Positions 34,995 through 44,437 of a stretch of DNA of 64,000 nt are shown here, in pieces. Every line of letters begins with the position of its first letter. Position 1 is the stretch's first letter. Position numbers and translations under genes: made by a program. The stretch is from Candidatus Babelota bacterium (GTDB taxonomy: Bacteria > Babelota > Babeliae > Babelales > Vermiphilaceae). The stretch covers positions 529 to 64,528 of the forward strand of contig JBHPCA010000002.1 of the NCBI GenBank assembly GCA_042576225.1, in the 5' to 3' direction. Below the pieces are notes generated by a model that searched no databases, was not told where the DNA came from, and was given only the letters and a program-made list of their open reading frames with translations.

Positions 34995-37361
34995 ATGCCT
35001 ACAAGCAAAAAATCTTTTACAGATTATGTAAAAAAGAATTTGAACGAACAACAAAAGCTGGCAGTTGAGAAAAAGAACGGGATATTTTTAGTAGTAGCCG
35101 GTGCAGGCTCTGGAAAAACACGAGTTATCACCTCAAGAATCGCACATTTAATTATTAATAAAAATATTGACCCGCATACTATTGTTGCCCTGACGTTTAC
35201 AAACAAGGCAGCAAATGAAATGAAAGAAAGGATCAGGCAGTTTCTCCAGCCTGGCACACCGATGCCTTTTTTGGGAACTTTTCACTCTTATTGCTTGCGT
35301 ATATTAAGAAGTAATGCTGATAAACTGGACAAACCATTTGAGTCCATTTTAGATGCAGATGATCAGAAAAAAATATTAAGTGGGATAATTAAACGCAATG
35401 GACTGAGCAAAAAAATAACAGCAAAAAAATTGTCATACAATATTTCACAAGTAAAAAATCGCATGGTAGGAAGCAAAGACGAAGTTATGAACCTACTTTC
35501 TGGGGATAAACTTTTACGTGAATTATATGCTGCGTATGAGTATGAAAAAACGGCAAGCAAGTGCCTCGACTTTGATGATCTTTTGGTAGAGACAGTAAAG
35601 CTTCTTCGTAACAATAAAGCATTTAAAAAAGAGTTTCAATCACATATCAAGCATGTACTTGTAGACGAGTATCAAGATACGAATGTCACGCAGCACGTGC
35701 TGCTAAAACAGATGGCTCTTGATGATACAGATAGTACAAATAATACAGGTAAAACTAAGCGCAAGACCAAAGAAGTTAAATTTGTTGCCGATTCTTTGTG
35801 CGTTGTCGGGGATGAAGATCAGTCGATATACTCATGGCGCGGTGCCACAATCGCCAATATAATTAATTTTAAAAAAGATTTTAAAGGCGCCATAATAATA
35901 AAAATAGAGCAAAATTATAGATCCGTGCAACCAATTTTAGACGCCGCTAATACGGTTATTAAAAATAACAAAAAAAGAAACCCTAAAAAATTGTGGTCAG
36001 ATAAAAAAGCAACCAACAGAATAAAAACTATCCAATGCTCTTCTGAGTACCAGGAGGGGGACGTTGTTGGACAGTTTTTAAAAATAAATTCGAAAAAAAA
36101 GAATCTCCACTCAACTGCGATACTCTACAGAGCACATTATCAATCCCGTGCAATAGAAGAAGCACTTATACGAAACGCCATCCCATATAAAATAATTGGT
36201 GGAATACAGTTTTATGAGCGTAAAGAAATAAAAGACGTACTTGCTTATTTGAGACTTGTTACAAACCCATTTGATAGAGTCTCTTTCTTTCGGGTTATTA
36301 ACTGCCCTACCAAGGGTCTGGGACTCAAATTTGAAGAACAGTTTTACAACCTTTGGAACCAAAATCTTTTCTCCGGTTTTAAAGATGTCGCCAAACTTCT
36401 ACTAGAAGAAAAAAATATCACAAATTCAAAAACAGAGTCTCTCAAAAGTTTTTTGAAAATATTTGAGCGATTAAACGAAACAACAAAACCGAGCACAGCA
36501 ATTGAAAAAATTATATCACGATCAAAATACAGGGAATTTTTGAAAGACGGCTGCGAAAAAAATGAGGCTGACTCACGGCTTGACAACTTAAAAGAACTTA
36601 TCCGGGCTACCAAGTTCATGGAAAAAGAGGGAACAAAAACTATATCAGAATTTTTACAAGAGGTTGCCTTGATGCAAGCATCTTCTCATGCACTCAATGA
36701 AGACGAGGATAAAGACCACGTAACCATGATGACACTCCATGCAGCCAAAGGCCTCGAATTTGATACAATTATTATTGTTGGTGTTGAAGAAGGAATATTG
36801 CCAAGCGCTAGATCACTTTACGAAGATGATTCACTAGAGGAAGAACGACGATTATTCTACGTTGGTATCACCCGGGCAAAAGAAAGACTCTTGCTAACAC
36901 ATTCAGAATACCGATATGCATTTGGACAAACAAGCTATCAACCACCCTCAAGGTTTTTAAAGGAAATTCCTAATAAATTACAAAACGAGGTAGATTTCTC
37001 AAAATCTTCTTTTTCTGACATAGATGCGACATTTTATCGCTGGCTTGGCACCACTATGCCCCATGCATACAAAAAATCAAACCAAGTATTTACATTTGGA
37101 ACTGCAAAAAAAGCCGTTTCCAAAACAACGACAAAATCGCATGCCAGATCTGGCTCAAAGCCTAACTCAAAACAATATGGCTCAGCTTTTGGCTCATCAC
37201 ATACCAGCAAATGGCGTAAAAACCAGCCGGTTTCTCATGCAACATTTGGCATTGGAATTGTACAGAAAGTCGAAAAACGAGGGGAAAATAAATTTTATGT
37301 TACTGCCAAGTTTAAAGCCGGCGTAAAAAAACTTGACTCAAAATTTTTGACCCAAGTATGA
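34995..37361 (+). CDS. pcrA: ATP-dependent DNA helicase, UvrD/PcrA family
   Basis: SF1 motifs AGAGSGKT, LTFTNKAANEM, VDEYQDTN, VGDEDQSIYSWRGA, QNYRS, TLHAAKGLEFD, RLFYVGITRAK, plus a C-terminal Tudor-like FGIGIVQKVEKRGENKFYVTAKF. ATG at 34995 is preferred over TTG at 34941. Confidence 0.88.
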   Translation: MPTSKKSFTDYVKKNLNEQQKLAVEKKNGIFLVVAGAGSGKTRVITSRIAHLIINKNIDPHTIVALTFTNKAANEMKERIRQFLQPGTPMPFLGTFHSYCLRILRSNADKLDKPFESILDADDQKKILSGIIKRNGLSKKITAKKLSYNISQVKNRMVGSKDEVMNLLSGDKLLRELYAAYEYEKTASKCLDFDDLLVETVKLLRNNKAFKKEFQSHIKHVLVDEYQDTNVTQHVLLKQMALDDTDSTNNTGKTKRKTKEVKFVADSLCVVGDEDQSIYSWRGATIANIINFKKDFKGAIIIKIEQNYRSVQPILDAANTVIKNNKKRNPKKLWSDKKATNRIKTIQCSSEYQEGDVVGQFLKINSKKKNLHSTAILYRAHYQSRAIEEALIRNAIPYKIIGGIQFYERKEIKDVLAYLRLVTNPFDRVSFFRVINCPTKGLGLKFEEQFYNLWNQNLFSGFKDVAKLLLEEKNITNSKTESLKSFLKIFERLNETTKPSTAIEKIISRSKYREFLKDGCEKNEADSRLDNLKELIRATKFMEKEGTKTISEFLQEVALMQASSHALNEDEDKDHVTMMTLHAAKGLEFDTIIIVGVEEGILPSARSLYEDDSLEEERRLFYVGITRAKERLLLTHSEYRYAFGQTSYQPPSRFLKEIPNKLQNEVDFSKSSFSDIDATFYRWLGTTMPHAYKKSNQVFTFGTAKKAVSKTTTKSHARSGSKPNSKQYGSAFGSSHTSKWRKNQPVSHATFGIGIVQKVEKRGENKFYVTAKFKAGVKKLDSKFLTQV

Positions 37362-37380
37362 GAGAAAATTATTATTATTA

Positions 37381-38895
37381 TCAACAAAAAAAGTTATTGT
37401 CAAAATAAGATGTAGCCTCTTGCGTGTCTATTTCCATTAGGTCATCTATTTTTATTTCTTCCATCTTTTTTTGCGTCTTCTTAATATCATTAAACGTTTC
37501 CCTCAAAATTTTTACTTTCTCAGATTCTTTCTCTCGAATACAATTAAGCAAAGCGTACGCTCTTGCTTTAAATTCCACGTCATACTTTTGATTATATGTC
37601 TTTTGAAGATATATTTTTGCTTGAATAAAATCGTTTCCATTGAAAAATATTTGACCAAGAGCAAGACAGCTTGCGGCCTGAATTCTGTTATGTACACCTT
37701 GATTAACACACTTATTAAAAAGTTTAATCGCATCATCAATTTTATTCGCTTTAAGCTTCACCATTGCAAGCGAATAATTCCTAAAAAGCAACGCTTTTTT
37801 TATTTTCGTCTTATCCTTTTTTAAATTCTTGTTATTCAAAAAACTAAAAAAATAAGAAAACGCTTTTTTGTGGTTAAAAAAGGTTAGTTCTAAAAAACCT
37901 AAATCAAAAATTTTATTCGAATCATCAAAAGAATACTTTACCCCTTTAGGAGAAAACACAAGCCCCAACTCTTTTTCCAATGCTAAACCTATCTCTTGAA
38001 CATAATTCAATCTTTTTTGCGTAGGAGGATGTAAAGTAAAAGTAAGATTTTTAGCTTGTTTTTCCTGAACCAAAACCTCTCTAAGAGATAGCTCTGCTTT
38101 CTTGCAAACAAGCAAACTACCAAGAACACTAAAAATATCTGCCTGAATCTCATGTAATTTTTGCAACTCCACAATATCTTTGCTTAAAGACTTTTCAAGA
38201 TCTCCAGACTTATCAAACTTTTTACAATATTCCTTACAGATTGACTTTATACAAAAAGTTTTCAGATTGTGTCCATAATAAACATGCCCTAACTCATGGG
38301 CCAACGCACCAAAGATATATGAGATAGAATAATTTTTAGCAGCATAGCTTCTTAATATTATTATTTCACCATTGCTACCAGTTGGCATATCATCAAGAAC
38401 TACAAACTTTAACACTCCAAACTTTTCAGTGCTAATGTTTACACCATAAACAGTTTTATCATATTTACTTCTCTCGAAAGGTTTACACTCCATTTTTCCA
38501 AAAAACTTTTTTAAAAGAGGTGTATTACACAAATCAAATACAACTTCACAAATTTTGTAATCGATAGTTTTGTAAACACGGATTTTCTGCTCATCTAAAA
38601 GTAAGCGCTGTTTATGTATTTTTCCATACCTACTTATGAGTTCTTGCCAAGATACAGGCTTTGACGAAACTTTACTCAAAATTTTTTGTTCTTGCTCTCT
38701 CACCTTTTTTTCAACGATAGATAAACACCATTTGTACACCGACACATTTTTTGGCTTACTTTTAAAATTAAAGTCTATTCTTTTAGGCTTTACTTTTAGC
38801 TTTTTATTAAAATTATTAAAACCAAAAACGCTACTTGTACTTAGTAAAAAAATAAAAAAACAGTAAACTATATGTTTTACAAAATTCATCCTCAA
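37381..38895 (-). CDS. secreted M48-family zinc metallopeptidase with C-terminal TPR-like region (BepA-like architecture)
   Basis: Signal peptide, HExxH in FGALAHELGHVYYGH, downstream E-x-x-AD (LHEIQADIFS) and C-terminal TPR-like helices (ALLFRNYSLAMVKLKANKIDDAIKLFNKC..., LALGQIFFNGNDFIQAKIYLQKT). Confidence 0.6.
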   Translation of the reverse strand: MRMNFVKHIVYCFFIFLLSTSSVFGFNNFNKKLKVKPKRIDFNFKSKPKNVSVYKWCLSIVEKKVREQEQKILSKVSSKPVSWQELISRYGKIHKQRLLLDEQKIRVYKTIDYKICEVVFDLCNTPLLKKFFGKMECKPFERSKYDKTVYGVNISTEKFGVLKFVVLDDMPTGSNGEIIILRSYAAKNYSISYIFGALAHELGHVYYGHNLKTFCIKSICKEYCKKFDKSGDLEKSLSKDIVELQKLHEIQADIFSVLGSLLVCKKAELSLREVLVQEKQAKNLTFTLHPPTQKRLNYVQEIGLALEKELGLVFSPKGVKYSFDDSNKIFDLGFLELTFFNHKKAFSYFFSFLNNKNLKKDKTKIKKALLFRNYSLAMVKLKANKIDDAIKLFNKCVNQGVHNRIQAASCLALGQIFFNGNDFIQAKIYLQKTYNQKYDVEFKARAYALLNCIREKESEKVKILRETFNDIKKTQKKMEEIKIDDLMEIDTQEATSYFDNNFFC

Positions 38896-39201
38896 ACCCC
38901 CAATTTATAAAAAATTGCTTATTATTATAAAGACCATACTCCAAATTACAACTATATAATAATATTATACCATAATCAGATAAAAAAGTAAAAAAGATTC
39001 AATTTTAAAAATTTAGCCCATTTTGCCCCATATAAGGGCCAAACCAACAAAAACAAACAAATTTATTGCGATACGCAATATACATGCAATAGAGTTATAA
39101 AGAACCATGTCCTAGAGGCCAAAATAAGGGGGAATATCATTCAATAGGCTCTTGTAGTAGGCCCACATTCACACAAAACCTCGACCAAACATGATTACCG
39201 C

Positions 39202-39229
39202 TTGACTATTTGCAATTCCATGCTATCAT
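39202..39229 (+). promoter_or_regulatory. candidate sigma70-type promoter upstream of the MYND-finger gene
   Basis: TTGACT (39202-39207), 16-nt spacer, TATCAT (39224-39229). Confidence 0.35.
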
Positions 39230-39344
39230 TAAAAGAGAGAGGTTAACCGGTATTATTGGAGTTATTTTCAAATAATGCGCCCTTTAAGTTATTTGTTTAT
39301 ATTTTTAATTGTTTTTAACTAAACCAAATATGGAGGAAAATAAT

Positions 39345-40361
39345 ATGAAAAAAATAATAGTTACTTTATCGTTAGTTTTAATAGTATCAATAAATATCTA
39401 TGCCACGAAACAAAAACAAAACACCCAGAAAAAACAAAACAAAAATAAGCAAGGCTCACTTGAAAAACTTTTAAAACGCTTGAGATTTATTGAAATTCAA
39501 AAAAAATTAATAACGTTAAAAAAGCAATTAAAAAAAACCAAAAAAACAAAGGAAAAAATATCTCTTCTGTACTCGTTAGGGTACTATTCCTTAAAAAGCG
39601 GAAGCGGAAGCGAAAGTGAAAAAGCTCTTGGGTACTTTAAAAAAACGTTAGAACTTTCAAGCAAATATAAAAACGACAAAAAAATGCAAAAAATATCTCT
39701 TGAAACAACCTCCATGATAGCACAAATTTATTACGGATACACAGAAGATAAGAGCAGAAAAAATCATAAAATGGCATTAAAATACTTTAATAGGATAATA
39801 AAACATGGTAAAAAATACCATTCCATCACTCTAAACGCACTAACAAGCATAGCTTCTATTAATTCCATGAAAAACAACCTAAAAGAAGCTAAACGATTAT
39901 TCGAAAAAGTAATAAAAAGAGCCAACAGGGCTATAAAAGAAAAAAGATATAATCAACACTATGAAGATGAAGTAAATAGGATCAAAAACAGCTTGCATGC
40001 CGCCTTGATAAACTTATCAAACATGACAGAAAGAATAAAAATTAAAAAGAAAGATCAATACAAGATTTTTGAAAATGGTAAAAATATTTCAGAGAAAGAT
40101 CTTAAAATCATAGAAAATGGATTCCTAATGCCCAATGAAAAAAAATCTGAAAAGAGCAAAATCTTGTTGGGAAAGGTAGCAGACATAGCAAAAAGATTCA
40201 CCTGCAATACATGCGGAAAAGAAGGCAAAAAGCTACAAAAGTGTAGTGCGTGCAAAAAAACATATTACTGCTCAAGAAAGTGCCAAATAAAAGACTGGAA
40301 AGAGCATAAAAAGATATGTAAAAAGTTGCACAAAAAGAAGTTGCAAGAGAAGAAAAAATAG
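39345..40361 (+). CDS. secreted Lys-rich Sel1/TPR-like repeat protein with C-terminal MYND-type zinc finger
   Basis: GGAGG lies 8 nt upstream of ATG 39345 and the signal peptide is MKKIIVTLSLVLIVSINIYA. Sel1-like units (ALGYFKKTLELS..., MALKYFNRIIKHG). The finger CNTCGKEGKKLQKCSACKKTYYCSRKCQIKDWKEHKKIC fits the C-x2-C...C-x2-C...C-x3-C...H-x3-C MYND pattern. Confidence 0.75.
   Translation: MKKIIVTLSLVLIVSINIYATKQKQNTQKKQNKNKQGSLEKLLKRLRFIEIQKKLITLKKQLKKTKKTKEKISLLYSLGYYSLKSGSGSESEKALGYFKKTLELSSKYKNDKKMQKISLETTSMIAQIYYGYTEDKSRKNHKMALKYFNRIIKHGKKYHSITLNALTSIASINSMKNNLKEAKRLFEKVIKRANRAIKEKRYNQHYEDEVNRIKNSLHAALINLSNMTERIKIKKKDQYKIFENGKNISEKDLKIIENGFLMPNEKKSEKSKILLGKVADIAKRFTCNTCGKEGKKLQKCSACKKTYYCSRKCQIKDWKEHKKICKKLHKKKLQEKKK
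40203..40319 (+). other. MYND zinc-finger module
   Basis: First Cys codon at 40203-40205 and last Cys codon at 40317-40319. All eight ligand positions are present. Confidence 0.7.
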
Positions 40362-40388
40362 TTTGGAATAGTTAAAAAATTAAGCAAG

Positions 40389-41051
40389 CTAATTGCTTGC
40401 GAGCATGCATTCTGGTTGGGGGCTATATCCATCATTATGGGTAAGCCCTTCATCCGTGCGAATAATATTCTCCAAAATAACTTTACCTAAGTTACTTGTA
40501 CCGACATCAAGTGGCGCTGCCAAAGCTTCACCCTTAAAATTCAAAAACTTCTCATCAACCATCATTTTTGGTATGTCAGCGTTCTCATCCAAAATAATAT
40601 CTTTGCCCACAATTTTGCCATTGCTCAATTTAACTCCGTCGCCAGGTGTAATAAAATGCCCCTTTTTCGTGCGTACAACCTGGTACTCTTTATCCTGAAT
40701 AGTTGGATTGTCTTGCAGATACGGCCCTTCCCAGTTTTTTGGGTAAGTTAAATTCATGGGCCCAACTTCAGAACCAACAAAGCTTTTTACATTCAAAAAG
40801 TTTATGCGATTTTTCTGGTAATCAAAATCGATGATTTTGCATTTTTTGTCTATTTTTTTGAAAATATCTACCAGCTCTCTCACCTCTCTGGCAATAATCA
40901 CATCTGATGAGATTTTCACATCATACAACATTTTATAAAGAGAAACGCCAACCAGCACCACAAAAAGCAAAATGGTTAAAGCTGGAATAATTATATTTGG
41001 GCTATTTTTTGAGGCAACCTCATTTCCCCTATATGACAGTTGTTTCTCCAT
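40389..41051 (-). CDS. hypothetical membrane-anchored protein
   Basis: Single N-terminal TM (IIIPALTILLFVVLVGVSLY) and a soluble domain containing NWEGPYLQDN. No firm family assignment. Confidence 0.45.
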   Translation of the reverse strand: MEKQLSYRGNEVASKNSPNIIIPALTILLFVVLVGVSLYKMLYDVKISSDVIIAREVRELVDIFKKIDKKCKIIDFDYQKNRINFLNVKSFVGSEVGPMNLTYPKNWEGPYLQDNPTIQDKEYQVVRTKKGHFITPGDGVKLSNGKIVGKDIILDENADIPKMMVDEKFLNFKGEALAAPLDVGTSNLGKVILENIIRTDEGLTHNDGYSPQPECMLASN

Positions 41052-41233
41052 GTCACCCCCCTAACAACTTTCAAACTCTTACATTTCGATAATACCGTAG
41101 CAAAATCGACACAGACAAAAAAAGAAATTATGTAAATTTATATAATTTTATTGGCAGCAAACAACTTTTGCGCCCAAAACATTTTCCTTTTGCCCAGGAA
41201 CCGTAAAAACACCTCACCATTTAATTAAAATAA

Positions 41234-41797
41234 CTATTTAAGATCTAAAAGCATATAGCCAGACTTTACTTTTTTGATACACTGTGACTTTTTTGCATTT
41301 TTCTTTTTGCTTTTTGTAGGTTTGGCGTCATGGCAATTACAATTACACTTATTATCACATTCGCAATAAAAATCGCTAGTTTCACCTACAACTTCACCCA
41401 TAACTTCATCGACAAACGCATTAATATCTGGATCACTTTCATCTTCGTCTTGGCTATCGCTACACATTTCAAATTCACTCTTATCATCTTGCAACAAAGG
41501 ATTAACCACCACTTCATAATCTTTCAGATCATATTTATTTTTAGGATAGAAAGTATCTTTCACCAACGTACATATATTTTTTACTGTAGAAAATAAACAG
41601 AAACAGCAGTCTTTTATCTTGCATTTTTCAATTATTGTATACAGAGCAATCTTGTTAGGCCACTCTTGTTCTTTCTTACGCATACCAAAAGAATGAACGC
41701 TCCAAAATAGTATTGCGATACAACAAAGAGATAATCTCATACTTTTCACTACCATAAGCTCCCTTTTATACGCTTTTTTCTCTAAACCCATCCTCAA
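41234..41797 (-). CDS. hypothetical secreted acidic, Cys-rich protein
   Basis: Signal-like MRLSLCCIAILFWSVHSFG (an internal Met may be the true start), an acidic stretch DSQDEDESDPD and the Cys cluster YCECDNKCNCNCHD. Confidence 0.4.
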   Translation of the reverse strand: MRMGLEKKAYKRELMVVKSMRLSLCCIAILFWSVHSFGMRKKEQEWPNKIALYTIIEKCKIKDCCFCLFSTVKNICTLVKDTFYPKNKYDLKDYEVVVNPLLQDDKSEFEMCSDSQDEDESDPDINAFVDEVMGEVVGETSDFYCECDNKCNCNCHDAKPTKSKKKNAKKSQCIKKVKSGYMLLDLK

Positions 41798-41870
41798 TAC
41801 TATACAATACTACACAAATCTCCACCTTGCACACTCTATACTATTTTTTTGAAAAACAACCAAAAGAAGC

Positions 41871-42893
<1,023 letters not shown>

Positions 42894-43129
42894 TTATTTC
42901 CATCTCTTTGAAAAAATTCTAATCAAAAATACTAACACTTACTACAACGCTGCGCGATACTGCTTGCAGCGCCGCATATCAGTATAACGCAACAAAAACA
43001 CATTGTCCAAAAGCCACATTTGCGCATTTGCACCAAGACCTACTATATACAAAATAAAAATATTTTTTTACCCTGAAAAAAAGCGGGTGCGTAATTTATG
43101 TAAATAAAGTGAAATAAAAAGGGGAAGAC

Positions 43130-44041
43130 GTGAAGTTTTTTAATGTAATACAAGAGTATTTCTGGGGTTATAATGCATTTTTCTATTGGCGAAACACCAT
43201 TGAGGTGCTCTTTTTTGCACTACTTATTTATTATTTCTCACTCTGGTTAAAACATGACCGAAAACATAATTTGCTGCCATATTTTTATGGCTATTGCATG
43301 CTCACGCTTGTTTCGCATTTTACACAACTGACAACAATCAGTTATGTGTTATTTTTATTCTCACCAGTTGCAATCATGCTTTTCATTTTATTGCACCAGA
43401 CGACACTACAAAAAAATTTTGTCGCACTTAAAAACATTACACCTGCAAAGCATGTAAAAACTGACTGGCCACAAGAGCTGATCCGAAGTTTTTTATTTGC
43501 GATAAATAACAATAGGGAAATTTACTGCGTCATAGAAAATAGCAGCAGCATTCAAGAATTTATGTACTCACCTCTGGTAATAAACGCAAATATAGAGCAA
43601 GGCCTGATACATATTTTGCAAGAGAGCCAAACGTTTGATCAAAAAAAAATACTTTGGCTTAACACAAATGGCCAAATTGTCGGGGTAAATGCATCATGGC
43701 GAGAAAAGATCTTCCAGGAAATATCAGAAATCCCACAGACCCCCAATACAAAAAGTAAAGAAAATAAAGAAGCAAAGACAGACGAACTGTTTAAACAAAA
43801 CGCAATGCTCTTAAGTTCAAAGACTGATACGTTATTTTTGCATATTACGCCGAAACAAAGAACATTTGACATAATATTTAATGGGGAGCTATTCAATAAT
43901 ATAAGTTCAGAAAACGTACTGCATATAATCAAAAAATATGCGTTTGCCAAATTCAAAGAAAAAGATCCTGAAAAACTAAAAGGGGAATTGATAAATGAAA
44001 ATTACACTCAAAAAAATCTTTTTAAACAACGCTCAAATTAA
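43130..44041 (+). CDS. CdaA-like membrane protein with a degenerate diadenylate-cyclase domain
   Basis: GTG start after AGGGGA and three N-terminal TM segments. Sits in the cdaA position of a cdaA-ybbR-glmM arrangement. The DAC-like region (REIYCVIENSS..., ILWLNTNGQIVGVNASW, ELFKQNAMLLS) lacks recognisable DGA and RHR motifs. Confidence 0.55.
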   Translation: MKFFNVIQEYFWGYNAFFYWRNTIEVLFFALLIYYFSLWLKHDRKHNLLPYFYGYCMLTLVSHFTQLTTISYVLFLFSPVAIMLFILLHQTTLQKNFVALKNITPAKHVKTDWPQELIRSFLFAINNNREIYCVIENSSSIQEFMYSPLVINANIEQGLIHILQESQTFDQKKILWLNTNGQIVGVNASWREKIFQEISEIPQTPNTKSKENKEAKTDELFKQNAMLLSSKTDTLFLHITPKQRTFDIIFNGELFNNISSENVLHIIKKYAFAKFKEKDPEKLKGELINENYTQKNLFKQRSN

Positions 44042-44387
44042 AATAATTTCGCTTATTCTGGGGTATTCATTCTGGTACATATTTAGCCAATCGCATGTTT
44101 CAAAAATATGGCTAGATGCCCCAATCTGTTTTTACAACACCCCGCAAAGCTTACAAATATCATGCAAAGACAAAGTTAAAATACAGCTTTGGGCAAAACG
44201 TTCTGACCTGTATACTATAGACAGGGAAACATTGGCATTTCACATTGACATGCAAGAAGCAAAAAAAGGCGATATCGTCATGAAACTTAATCAAAACCAG
44301 CTTCTTTTGCCAGAATCTATAAAAATGGTACGATGTTACCCTACAAACATTGCAGTAAAAATTAACGAGATAAAAACACAAACGTAG
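43995..44387 (+). CDS. YbbR-domain protein (CdaR-like, single repeat)
   Basis: LKKIFLNNAQIKIISLILGYSFWYIF N-terminus followed by one YbbR-like beta domain. Lies between the cdaA-like gene and glmM. Confidence 0.6.
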   Translation: MKITLKKIFLNNAQIKIISLILGYSFWYIFSQSHVSKIWLDAPICFYNTPQSLQISCKDKVKIQLWAKRSDLYTIDRETLAFHIDMQEAKKGDIVMKLNQNQLLLPESIKMVRCYPTNIAVKINEIKTQT

Positions 44388-44437
44388 GCTCAACAAGCCC
44401 ACGGCTTAGCAAGCCCACAACAAAAACAGGAAAGCAC

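Noticed and set aside
40389-41051. Type II secretion pseudopilin (GspG-like), because of NWEGPYL.
   Set aside because: The N-terminus lacks the prepilin cleavage and methylation motif (G-F-T-L-I-E with Glu5). One short motif is insufficient.
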